56,006 bases of DNA from Planctomycetota bacterium (GCA_021413805.1 JAIOPR010000010.1:1-56006), one strand, 5' to 3'. Shown: positions 34,208 to 41,803, numbered from the stretch's first letter. Program-made: numbers and translations. Notes: a model not told the origin generated them from the sequence alone.

Positions 34208-34969
34208 ATGGTCCAGCCGACGCCGCCGATCGCGCCCCGCCGCCGCCTGAGCGGCCTCCAGATCGCGTGGTTCGCGGCCATCCTCCTCGGCATCGGCGGC
34301 GCTTCTATGATGCCGTTCGCGCGGCATCCGAAGATTGTCGCCGTCTGGCCGGGACACGGGCCCGACGTGAAGCCCAAAGGGTGGGACGAGCGGCGCGGGG
34401 TGTTTGCGGCGCGCGAAGCGGCGGACCGCGGGGCGGTGGTGTTCGCGGGGGACTCGATCACGGCGTGGTGGGCCGGGCTGCCGGAGGCGTTCCCGAAGCT
34501 CAAGGTCGCGAACCGCGGGATTTCGGGCGACACTTCGAGGGGGCTTCTCGCCCGGTTCCACGCCGACGTCCTGGCCCTCGAGCCGCGCGCCGTGGTGATC
34601 CTCATCGGGACCAACGATCTCCACCTCGGCGCGAAGCCCGCGGACGTGACGTTCAACGTCCACGAAATCCTCGATCTCCTCGACAGGGAACGCCCGGGAA
34701 CGCCGGTCGTGCTGTGCTGCGTGATGCCGCGCAAACCCGAGCCGGGACTCTTCCCCGACGAACTCCTTCATCTCAACGCCCAGCTTCGCTCCTTCGCCAC
34801 CGTCCGCCGCGGCGTGACCTGGTGCGACACCTGGGAAGTCTTCGCGACCGACATCGGCGGCGTACGCGACGACGAATTCCCGGACGGGCTCCACCCGAAC
34901 GAAGCGGGGTATGCGAAATTTGCCGAAGCGCTTCGGGCGGCGCTCAAGTCCGCCGGCGTGGGAGACTAA
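34208..34969 (+). CDS. SGNH/GDSL hydrolase
   Basis: Block I is FAGDSIT, block III is GTNDL, and block V is DGLHPN. An N-terminal TM/signal anchor is present. Confidence 0.85.
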   Translation: MVQPTPPIAPRRRLSGLQIAWFAAILLGIGGASMMPFARHPKIVAVWPGHGPDVKPKGWDERRGVFAAREAADRGAVVFAGDSITAWWAGLPEAFPKLKVANRGISGDTSRGLLARFHADVLALEPRAVVILIGTNDLHLGAKPADVTFNVHEILDLLDRERPGTPVVLCCVMPRKPEPGLFPDELLHLNAQLRSFATVRRGVTWCDTWEVFATDIGGVRDDEFPDGLHPNEAGYAKFAEALRAALKSAGVGD

Positions 34970-35715
34970 TCTCTCCGGGAGGCCAGCTTCGACAGGAGCC
35001 GCAGGATCTCGAGGTAGAGCCACACGAGCGTGACGAGCAGCCCGTACGCGCCGTACCACTCCATGAACTTCGGCGCGTTCGAATCCGCACCGGTCTCGAT
35101 GAAATCGAAGTCGAGGACGAGGTTGAGCGCGGCGATGGTGACGACGAAGAGCGAGAACCCGATGCCCATCAGCCCGCTTTCGTGGATGAACGGCAGGCGG
35201 ATGCCGAAGAGGCTGAGCACGAAGGAAACCAGGTAGACGAGCGCGATGCCGCCGGTCGCCGCGAAGACCCCGAGCTTGAAATTCTCCGTCGCCCGGATGA
35301 GCCGCGTCGTGTACGCCGCCAGCAGTGCGAACAGCGTCCCGAACGTCAGCAACACGGCGTGAAGGACTATCGGCCTGCCCGGGTAATGCAGGTCGTAAAT
35401 CGAGGAGATCGCCCCGAGAAATAGCCCTTCGCAGGCCGCGTAAAGCGGCGCCGTCACGGGCGCCCATGCCGGCTTGAACGCCGTCGTGAGCCCGAAGACG
35501 AGCCCGCCGAGCAGCCCGCCCAGCGCCAGGATCCCCGCGGTGAGGAAATCTCCCGAGTGCATCGGGATCCACGTCAGCACCGCGCACCCTGCACAGAGGA
35601 ACAGCAGCACGCCCGTCTTGTTGACCGTCCCCTGGACCGTCATCACCGGCGAGCCGGCGGCGGCGAAGAACTTCTTGAACACGTTTTCGTTCAGGGCGGG
35701 ATTCGCTGTGCGCAT
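34966..35715 (-). CDS. Bax inhibitor-1/YccA family membrane protein
   Basis: MRTANPAL start, seven predicted TM helices, and a basic C-terminus. The stop codons overlap convergently with the SGNH gene. Confidence 0.8.
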   Translation of the reverse strand: MRTANPALNENVFKKFFAAAGSPVMTVQGTVNKTGVLLFLCAGCAVLTWIPMHSGDFLTAGILALGGLLGGLVFGLTTAFKPAWAPVTAPLYAACEGLFLGAISSIYDLHYPGRPIVLHAVLLTFGTLFALLAAYTTRLIRATENFKLGVFAATGGIALVYLVSFVLSLFGIRLPFIHESGLMGIGFSLFVVTIAALNLVLDFDFIETGADSNAPKFMEWYGAYGLLVTLVWLYLEILRLLSKLASRRD

Positions 35716-35777
35716 ATCCGAGTTCCACGCAATTCGGGTGCCGCGTCAGGGTATCCTTGTCCCGGGGGAAGAGCCAC

Positions 35778-35880
35778 CTGAGAGCGTGAGCAGATGTCGA
35801 TCTACGGCTCGGCCAGACGTCGCTCGCTTTGCTCGCTCGGCCTGGCCGAGCCTTCGATCGACTTCTGCTCACGCTCTCAG
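35778..35880. repeat. 103-nt near-perfect hairpin/palindrome (34 bp in three helices)
   Basis: CTGAGAGCGTGAGCAG / CTGCTCACGCTCTCAG is 16 bp. GTCGATC / GATCGAC is 7 bp. GGCTCGGCCAG / CTGGCCGAGCC is 11 bp. The apical region is 25 nt. Confidence 0.7.
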
Positions 35881-35901
35881 AAGTTGTTGTCGTCCCGGAG
35901 C

Positions 35902-36008
35902 TTGAGTAAGAATCGAGTGGGGGCCAGCGGCGGCGGCGCTGAACGGCTTACGAGCGTGAATCACGTTTCGCGCCGATGCCGCTGTGCTCCCACACGATTC
36001 TTACTCAA
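35902..36008. repeat. 107-nt hairpin (22-position stem, 1 mismatch and 1 G-T)
   Basis: TTGAGTAAGAATCGAGTGGGGG (35902-35923) pairs with CTCCCACACGATTCTTACTCAA (35987-36008). The loop is 63 nt. Confidence 0.7.
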
Positions 36009-36029
36009 ACTCCGAGTCAGGAATTCCGC

Positions 36030-37220
36030 GTGCACATTCGACTGCGTCGGGCCTGCCTGCTCGCCGCCCTGTCTGCCATTCCGGCCGCCGGGGAAGCGTC
36101 GTCATGGGCCTTTCCCGCCGAGGCGATGTCGGCGACGAGCGAGCGCCTCCCGTGCCCCGTCGAGGTCGTCCGCGGCGAGAGTGGTGCCGTCGGCGTCTTC
36201 GTCTTCGAACGCGACGGCGGACTGACGCTTCGCATCTCGAAGGACGGCCGCGCTCCCTGGAAAGTCCTCCTCCTCCCGAACGGCCCCGCGGGCGAGCCGG
36301 TCGTCGAGGGCGACCGCGTGCAGGTCCTGCTGGCCGACGCGGACGACAAGTCGGTTTCGCTTGGCGTCTTCGACCTGGTCGCCCAGAAGGACCTTTCCCG
36401 CGTCCGCATCCCCGGAAAACTTCCCGGCATTCCCTCCTTCTCCCGCCTCGCCGCCCAGGGCCCGGCGCGCTTCGCCACCGTCGCCCTCGAGTCGGGAGAG
36501 CTCCTCTATTCCCGGAGCGCCGACGGCGGCAAGTCGTGGAGCGCGTTCGAGTCGGTGGCGAAACTTGCCGCGCGCGGCGACGCGTGCTGCCCGCCGCTTC
36601 TCGTCGCCGACGACGGCGTGCATCTCTATTTCGCCGCTTCCGGCGGAAAGCTCGCGCACCGGGTGAGCAACGACGGCGCCGCGTGGAAGGACGGCGTGGC
36701 ACCCCCGGCGCTTCCGGAGGAGCACGGAGTCCCCGGGGCGGTCACGGGCACCCAGGTCGGGAAGCAGTTCCACCTGGTCGTGCTGACCTCGAAGCTGCGG
36801 TATCTCTACAACTGGAGCGACGACCGCGGCGCGCATTGGGGTGCCTGGTCGGTCCTGGCGGCGCCGTCGTCGGAAGTGCTGGGGTCGTTCGACCTGGCGG
36901 CGACGTTCCGGCTCAAGGCCCGCGGGAAGACGATGGCCTTCACCTGGACCGAGCGCGGCCCGAAGGAGGGCGACCCGCTCCATTGCCGTTTCCTCGTGAG
37001 CCGAACGAGCGGGGCGAAATGGGAAAACTCGAGTCCAGCCGCCGGGGTGAAGGGGAGTACCGGGCTGGCGACGGCGTACATCGGGGCGAATGGAGAGTTG
37101 ACCGCCGCCTTTGCCGCGGCGCCGGGGGTGAGGAGCGGACCGCGCTACGTGCTTGTGGCGGGGGAGGGGAAGGGCGGAGGAGAGAGTGGGGAAGAGAAGA
37201 AGGAGTGGTGGGGGAAGTGA
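36030..37220 (+). CDS. secreted BNR/Asp-box repeat (sialidase-fold) protein
   Basis: GTG 36030 follows AGGAA. The signal peptide is VHIRLRRACLLAALSAIPAAGEA. The Asp-boxes are SKDGRAPW, SADGGKSW, SNDGAAW, SDDRGAHW and SRTSGAKW. Confidence 0.75.
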   Translation: MHIRLRRACLLAALSAIPAAGEASSWAFPAEAMSATSERLPCPVEVVRGESGAVGVFVFERDGGLTLRISKDGRAPWKVLLLPNGPAGEPVVEGDRVQVLLADADDKSVSLGVFDLVAQKDLSRVRIPGKLPGIPSFSRLAAQGPARFATVALESGELLYSRSADGGKSWSAFESVAKLAARGDACCPPLLVADDGVHLYFAASGGKLAHRVSNDGAAWKDGVAPPALPEEHGVPGAVTGTQVGKQFHLVVLTSKLRYLYNWSDDRGAHWGAWSVLAAPSSEVLGSFDLAATFRLKARGKTMAFTWTERGPKEGDPLHCRFLVSRTSGAKWENSSPAAGVKGSTGLATAYIGANGELTAAFAAAPGVRSGPRYVLVAGEGKGGGESGEEKKEWWGK

Positions 37221-37399
37221 ACGGCAAACGGCAAACAGAAAACGGAAAACGAAAATGGAAAAGGACAAATGAAAAAGGAAAAGGGCGGGGAGGGCACGGT
37301 TTGACGCGGGAGGGAGGTGCAATTTTCCTTTTTACTTTTTCACTTTTCTTTTTCCCTTTGACGTTTGCCCTTTGTCGTTCGCCCTTTGCCGTTCCCCCC
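37221..37399. repeat. AT-rich imperfect inverted repeat built from degenerate heptamers (purine-rich arm, GC-rich spacer, pyrimidine-rich arm)
   Basis: The 5' arm reads ACGGCAA ACGGCAA ACAGAAA ACGGAAA ACGAAAA TGGAAAA GGACAAA TGAAAAA GGAAAAG. The 3' arm reads TTTTCCT TTTTACT TTTTCAC TTTTCTT ... TTTGCCC TTTGTCG TTCGCCC TTTGCCG. The core pairing AAAAAGGAAAA (37272-37282) / TTTTCCTTTTT (37323-37333) is perfect. Confidence 0.65.
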
Positions 37400-37414
37400 T
37401 AGGAGCTCCCTCCC

Positions 37415-37762
37415 ATGGCTGATCCTGTCACCACCCCCTCCGGCCTCAAGTACGAAGACCTTGTCCCCGGGACCGGCGCTTCCCCCACCCCCGGCTCGAA
37501 CGTGAAAGTGCACTACACCGGGTGGCTGACGGACGGGAAGAAGTTCGACAGCTCCAAGGACCACGGGCAGCCGTTCGAATTCCCGATCGGGAAGGGGCGC
37601 GTGATCAAGGGATGGGACGAGGGAGTGGCGACGATGAAGATCGGCGGGAAGCGGAAGCTGACGATCCCGCCGGGGCTGGCGTACGGGGCGCAGGGCGCGG
37701 GCGGCGTGATCCCCCCGAACGCGACGCTGGTGTTCGAGGTGGAGCTGCTCGGCTTCAGGTAG
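37415..37762 (+). CDS. FKBP-type peptidyl-prolyl cis-trans isomerase
   Basis: VHYTGWLTDGKKFDSS...PFEFPIGKGRVIKGWDEG...IPPGLAYG...IPPNATLVFEVELL is the canonical FKBP domain. AGGAG SD. Confidence 0.92.
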   Translation: MADPVTTPSGLKYEDLVPGTGASPTPGSNVKVHYTGWLTDGKKFDSSKDHGQPFEFPIGKGRVIKGWDEGVATMKIGGKRKLTIPPGLAYGAQGAGGVIPPNATLVFEVELLGFR

Positions 37763-37799
37763 CGGTGGCGGCGCGCGGAATTGCGGGTAAGCTCCGGCC

Positions 37800-38861
37800 A
37801 TGCCCCCCGCACTGTTCACGCCGTTCACGCTTCGCAACCTCGTCCTCCAGAACCGGATCGTCGTGTCGCCGATGTGCCAGTACAGCGCCGAGGACGGGCG
37901 CGCCACGGACTGGCACCTGATGCACCTCGGGCAGTTCGCGGCCGGGGGCGCGGGGCTGGTGTGGATCGAAGCGACCGGCGTTGAGCCGCGCGGCCGGATC
38001 ACGCCGGCGTGCCTGGGGCTGTGGTCGGAAGCGCATGCGAAGGCGCTGGATCCGGTCGTCGCGTTTTTCCGGAAGCACGGGGGCGCGAAGCTCGGGATCC
38101 AGCTGGCGCACGCGGGGCGCAAGGCCTCGACGGACGTGCCGTGGCGGGGCGGGAAGCCGCTCGCGTCGGGGGCGTGGGAGTCGGTTTCCGCCTCCGCGGT
38201 TCCGTTCGATGCCGGTTGGCCGGCGCCGCGCGCGCTGGACGCGGCGGGTCTGAAGGAAGTCCGTGAGGCCTTCGCGGCGGCGGCGCGGCGGGCCGTTTCG
38301 ATCGGGCTGGACGCGATCGAGGTCCACTCGGCGCACGGCTACCTGCTCCACCAGTTCCTCTCGCCCTTCTCGAACCACCGCCGCGACGAGTACGGCGGCT
38401 CGCTCGAGAACCGGATGCGCTTCCCGATCGAGGTCTTTGACGCAGTGCGTCAATCGGCGCCGGGCCTCGCGGTCGGCGTCCGCGTTTCCGCGACCGACTG
38501 GGCCGACGGCGGCTGGACGCTTGACGACACCGTCGCCTACGCTGCGGCCCTCAAGCTGCGCGGCTGCGATTTCGTGGACGTCTCCAGCGGCGGCTCCCTC
38601 CCGAAGGCGAAAATCCCGGCCGGCCCCGGCTTCCAGGTCCCCTTCGCCGCCGCCGTCCGCCTCGACGCCGTCATTCCCACCATCGCCGTCGGTTTCATCA
38701 CCGAGCCTGCCCAGGCCGAGCAGATCGTCGCCTCCGGCGAGGCCGATCTCGTCGCCATGGCCCGCGCGTTCCTCGACGACCCGCACTGGCCGTGGCACGC
38801 GGCGAAAGTGCTGGGGGCGGAAGCGCCGTATCCGCCGCAGTACGCCCGGGCGAAAAAGTAG
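37800..38861 (+). CDS. NADH:flavin oxidoreductase (Old Yellow Enzyme family)
   Basis: LRNLVLQNRIVVSPMCQYS, GAGLVWIEATGV, QLAHAGRKAS, IEVHSAHGYLLHQFLSP and NHRRDEYGGSLENRMRF. Confidence 0.92.
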   Translation: MPPALFTPFTLRNLVLQNRIVVSPMCQYSAEDGRATDWHLMHLGQFAAGGAGLVWIEATGVEPRGRITPACLGLWSEAHAKALDPVVAFFRKHGGAKLGIQLAHAGRKASTDVPWRGGKPLASGAWESVSASAVPFDAGWPAPRALDAAGLKEVREAFAAAARRAVSIGLDAIEVHSAHGYLLHQFLSPFSNHRRDEYGGSLENRMRFPIEVFDAVRQSAPGLAVGVRVSATDWADGGWTLDDTVAYAAALKLRGCDFVDVSSGGSLPKAKIPAGPGFQVPFAAAVRLDAVIPTIAVGFITEPAQAEQIVASGEADLVAMARAFLDDPHWPWHAAKVLGAEAPYPPQYARAKK

Positions 38862-38864
38862 GGC

Positions 38865-40547
38865 TTACTCGAGCGGGATCTTCTGCCGGGGCCGCTTGAG
38901 CAGCAGGGTCGTCCAGCTCACCCGCGCTTCCCGGTCATCCCCCGCGTGCCGCTTCACCGCCTCTCCCCGCGCTTTCGCCCGCGGCGACGACGCCGGCTCC
39001 CGCGTCGCCCGGTCCAGTTCCTCCGCGCTGAAATACGGGCGCGACTGCCCCGCTTCACGCAGGACGTGGCCGTAGCCGCGCGGGCCGATCTCATGGAAGC
39101 GGGTGTCGATTTTCTGCGCCGTGGCCGCGGTGGCGGTGCCGGCCGTCGCGACCGCCACGCCTCGCCAGCCGCCGTCCTCCGCGAGCGCCTCGGCCACCAG
39201 GTCGCGCTTCGCCACCCAGTCGAGGTCCTTGTAGAGGAGGTGCGGGTCCTCGGCGAGGGCGCCGAGGACGAAGCGCCATTTCGAGAGGATCTCGGCGGTT
39301 TCGGGCTCGGCGTTGGTGCCGCAGAATTTCTCGGCTTCCTCGAGGAAGTGGCGCTGGATTTCGAGTGCGGTCGCCGATCCGCCGGCGGCGAGCGGAATCG
39401 AGGCGCGGAGGGAAACGTCGCCGTCCACGATCGCGATGGCCTGGCGGAGGTCGCGCGGCGTGAAATCGCGAAGCGGGTGGCCGGCCTCGATCATGCGGAG
39501 GACGAGGTCGGTCGTGCCGAGCCTGAGCGCGGTCGCGAGGCGCGAGGTGTTCGAGTCGGCGAACAGCACCTGCAGCCGTTTCCTTCGTTTCCAGATGCTC
39601 CACGGCTCGCGCACGAAATTCTTGAGGTCGAAGACCGGGCGGGCGTCGTCGTCCCAGAAGATACCGGAGGCGACGCGGATGGCGGGGCCCTTGTGCGAAA
39701 GAGCGAGGCGCCCTTCGCCGGCCTCGACGCGGCCGGGGCCGCAGAAGACAAGGCGCGTGACGAGGTGGGGGAGGAGCAGCTGCCGCGTGCGGGGGAGAAC
39801 GATGAATCGCAGGAACAGGCTGTAGACGCGGATCCACGGGATTGTGACCGCGTAGGTCAGGTCCATGAGGCGCGTCAGCGACTCCTCCCTGAACGCTGCG
39901 CGTCCGAGCCCCACGATCCCCCGCGCCGCCGCCGCGAACGGCCGGCCGGCGCCCGGAAGGTGCGCGAGCGCCGTGCAGACGTGGTACGCAGCGGCGATGA
40001 AAAGCAGGAACGCGTAAAACATGACGATCAGCGCCACTTCCACCAGGAGCACGGGGATCCAGAACACCGGGAATACCAGCGCGACGAGCAGGCGCCGAAG
40101 CGCCCCCGGCGGCTCGTCGACTTCGTAGTTCTCGTGCGACCCCCACACGTTCCCCGCCGTGTCCGCCGCCGCCTTCCCGATCACCAGCTCCCCGTCAAAT
40201 CCGCGGGTCCGCAGCCGGAATTCCACCTCCTGGTGCACCCGCCCCAGAAGTTCGTCCTGCCCGTGGTGGTACCGCGCCGCTTCAAGCGCCCCGCGGCACT
40301 CGGGCGTCGCCATCTCCAGCAGACCCTTCGAAAACCTCGCCGTCGGCGCCTCGTAGTGCAGCAGCCCGCCCGTGGACAGGAAGATGCCGCTCTTCGGAAG
40401 CGCAGCCGGCAGCGTGGGGATCTCGGCGCGCACAGCCGCTTCCACAAGCTGGTAGATGTCGCGCGGAAGTGGCGCGCGGGCTCCGGGCTCGCGGGGCACC
40501 CAGGCGAGGGCGTACTCGGTCTCGACGCCGATCAGTCGGGGGTGCAT
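38865..40547 (-). CDS. Pup-ligase family protein (PafA/Dop homologue) with a ~110-aa hydrophobic insertion
   Basis: Family blocks: RLIGVETEYA, LEMATPEC, NVWGSHENY, LLPHLVTRLVFCGPGRV, LQVLFADSNTSRLATALRLGTTDLVLRMIEAG, ALEIQRHF, LDWVAKRDL and IDTRFHEI. Between HENY and LVTR lies LLVALVFPVFWIPVLLVEVALIVMFYAFLLFIAAAYHVCTALAHL plus further hydrophobic sequence. Confidence 0.88.
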   Translation of the reverse strand: MHPRLIGVETEYALAWVPREPGARAPLPRDIYQLVEAAVRAEIPTLPAALPKSGIFLSTGGLLHYEAPTARFSKGLLEMATPECRGALEAARYHHGQDELLGRVHQEVEFRLRTRGFDGELVIGKAAADTAGNVWGSHENYEVDEPPGALRRLLVALVFPVFWIPVLLVEVALIVMFYAFLLFIAAAYHVCTALAHLPGAGRPFAAAARGIVGLGRAAFREESLTRLMDLTYAVTIPWIRVYSLFLRFIVLPRTRQLLLPHLVTRLVFCGPGRVEAGEGRLALSHKGPAIRVASGIFWDDDARPVFDLKNFVREPWSIWKRRKRLQVLFADSNTSRLATALRLGTTDLVLRMIEAGHPLRDFTPRDLRQAIAIVDGDVSLRASIPLAAGGSATALEIQRHFLEEAEKFCGTNAEPETAEILSKWRFVLGALAEDPHLLYKDLDWVAKRDLVAEALAEDGGWRGVAVATAGTATAATAQKIDTRFHEIGPRGYGHVLREAGQSRPYFSAEELDRATREPASSPRAKARGEAVKRHAGDDREARVSWTTLLLKRPRQKIPLE

Positions 40548-40604
40548 GAAGGGCCTGGGGCGCGCAGGACCTCCGCCGAGGGGCGGAGGAGAAGGGCGGG
40601 GGAG

Positions 40605-40763
40605 TTACTCGCCGCCGCCCGGCACGATCGTCGCTTTGACGTACTCCACGGGCTGGGACTTCGCGTCCGTCGCGATCGCGGCGATGGCGGCCGCGACCAG
40701 ATCTTTCGGCGGGGCGGGCGGTTGCTGGATTGCGGGGGCTTCAGGCTTTTCTACGGGGGTCAT
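40605..40763 (-). CDS. Pup/UBact-like small protein (52 aa, C-terminal GGGE)
   Basis: GGAGAAGGAA lies 2 nt upstream of ATG 40763. The protein is MTPVEKPEAPAIQQPPAPPKDLVAAAIAAIATDAKSQPVEYVKATIVPGGGE-stop. It lies 57 nt upstream of the PafA/Dop homologue on the same strand. Confidence 0.65.
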   Translation of the reverse strand: MTPVEKPEAPAIQQPPAPPKDLVAAAIAAIATDAKSQPVEYVKATIVPGGGE

Positions 40764-40872
40764 GGTTCCTTCTCCGGGGTTGGCGACCTGCGAATGGTAG
40801 CTGGCCTCTACATTCCGGCCAATCCCCCAACGGCGCAAGGACGATTTCGCACGAAAGCCGGGCGGCGCCGTT

Positions 40873-41763
40873 CTACGCCGGCGAGGCGGGGCCGATCGGC
40901 CCGCCGCCCTGCGCCTGCCAGATTTTCTTGAAGAGCGCGATCGACGCGGGCGCGTGGCCGGCGTAGTGGTTGTTGAAGTACCCGTAGATCTCGTACTTCG
41001 GCGAAAGGTCGCGCACGGCGGCCACCCAGTCCACCGTTTCCTTCTCGCGGTCCACCACGGTCTTGTCCCACGTCAGCTTGACTTCCTCGGCTGACTCCGG
41101 CCGCTTCTCCCCCTGCGGCAGCTTCGCCAGGATTTCTTCCCGGATCTGCTTCTCGATCCCCATCCGGTCGCCGAGCCAGCGCACGTAGATCCAGTCGGAG
41201 GTCAGCAGGTCCATCCGCTTCCGGTACTCCGACGCCTTCAGCATGAACGGATGATCGATCAGCGCGAGCGCGATCCGTTTTGACCGGAGCGTTTCGAGGA
41301 AAGCGGGGACGAGGAAATTCTTGTTCCGGACCTCGACGGCGAAACGGAAGCCGGTGGGAAGCGCCTTGACGAATTTTTTCAGGGCGTCGAAGAACGGGAC
41401 GGGCGAAGGCATGTCGGTCTTGTTGAAGTACGGGAACTGGAAAAGGATGGGGCCGAGCCGGTCGCCGAGGCCGGACATCACCTTGACGTACGCGTTGAGT
41501 TCTTCCTCGGCGCCCTCGAGGCGTTTTTCGTGCGTGATGACCTGGGGGGCCTTGGAGGCGAAGAGGAAACCCTCGGGGGTTTTGCGTTTCCAGCCCTCGA
41601 CCATGGCGGGGGAGGGGGTGCGATAGAACGTGGCGTCGATTTCGACGGTGTCGAAGGATTTGGCGTACCACGGGAGGAAGTCCGCGGCCGGCGTGCCGGC
41701 GGGGTAGAAGGAACCGACCCACGAATCGGCGGACCAGGAGGATGTTCCGAGGCGGACAGGCAT
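40873..41763 (-). CDS. DUF72 (UPF0759/YecE-like) protein
   Basis: LGTSSWSADSWVGSFYP...FLPWYAKSFDTVEIDATFYRTP...GWKRKTPEGFLFASKAPQVITH is the typical DUF72 N-terminus. Confidence 0.85.
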   Translation of the reverse strand: MPVRLGTSSWSADSWVGSFYPAGTPAADFLPWYAKSFDTVEIDATFYRTPSPAMVEGWKRKTPEGFLFASKAPQVITHEKRLEGAEEELNAYVKVMSGLGDRLGPILFQFPYFNKTDMPSPVPFFDALKKFVKALPTGFRFAVEVRNKNFLVPAFLETLRSKRIALALIDHPFMLKASEYRKRMDLLTSDWIYVRWLGDRMGIEKQIREEILAKLPQGEKRPESAEEVKLTWDKTVVDREKETVDWVAAVRDLSPKYEIYGYFNNHYAGHAPASIALFKKIWQAQGGGPIGPASPA

Positions 41764-41803
41764 CGCCGGATGGTATCACGGGCCGGGCAGGGTGCGCGCG
41801 GTT

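Noticed and set aside
35976-36029. ATG 35976 as the start of the BNR-repeat protein
   Set aside because: It lies inside the loop of hairpin 2 and adds a non-signal-like leader. GTG 36030 has an AGGAA SD and yields a canonical signal peptide.
37221-37402. Track ORFs crossing the heptamer repeat (for example the tail of 35984-37402, and 36102-37322)
   Set aside because: Their translations are Lys/Gly/Asn-rich or Phe/Leu/Pro-rich low complexity generated by the repeat itself. There are no start signals, and the region is better explained as non-coding.
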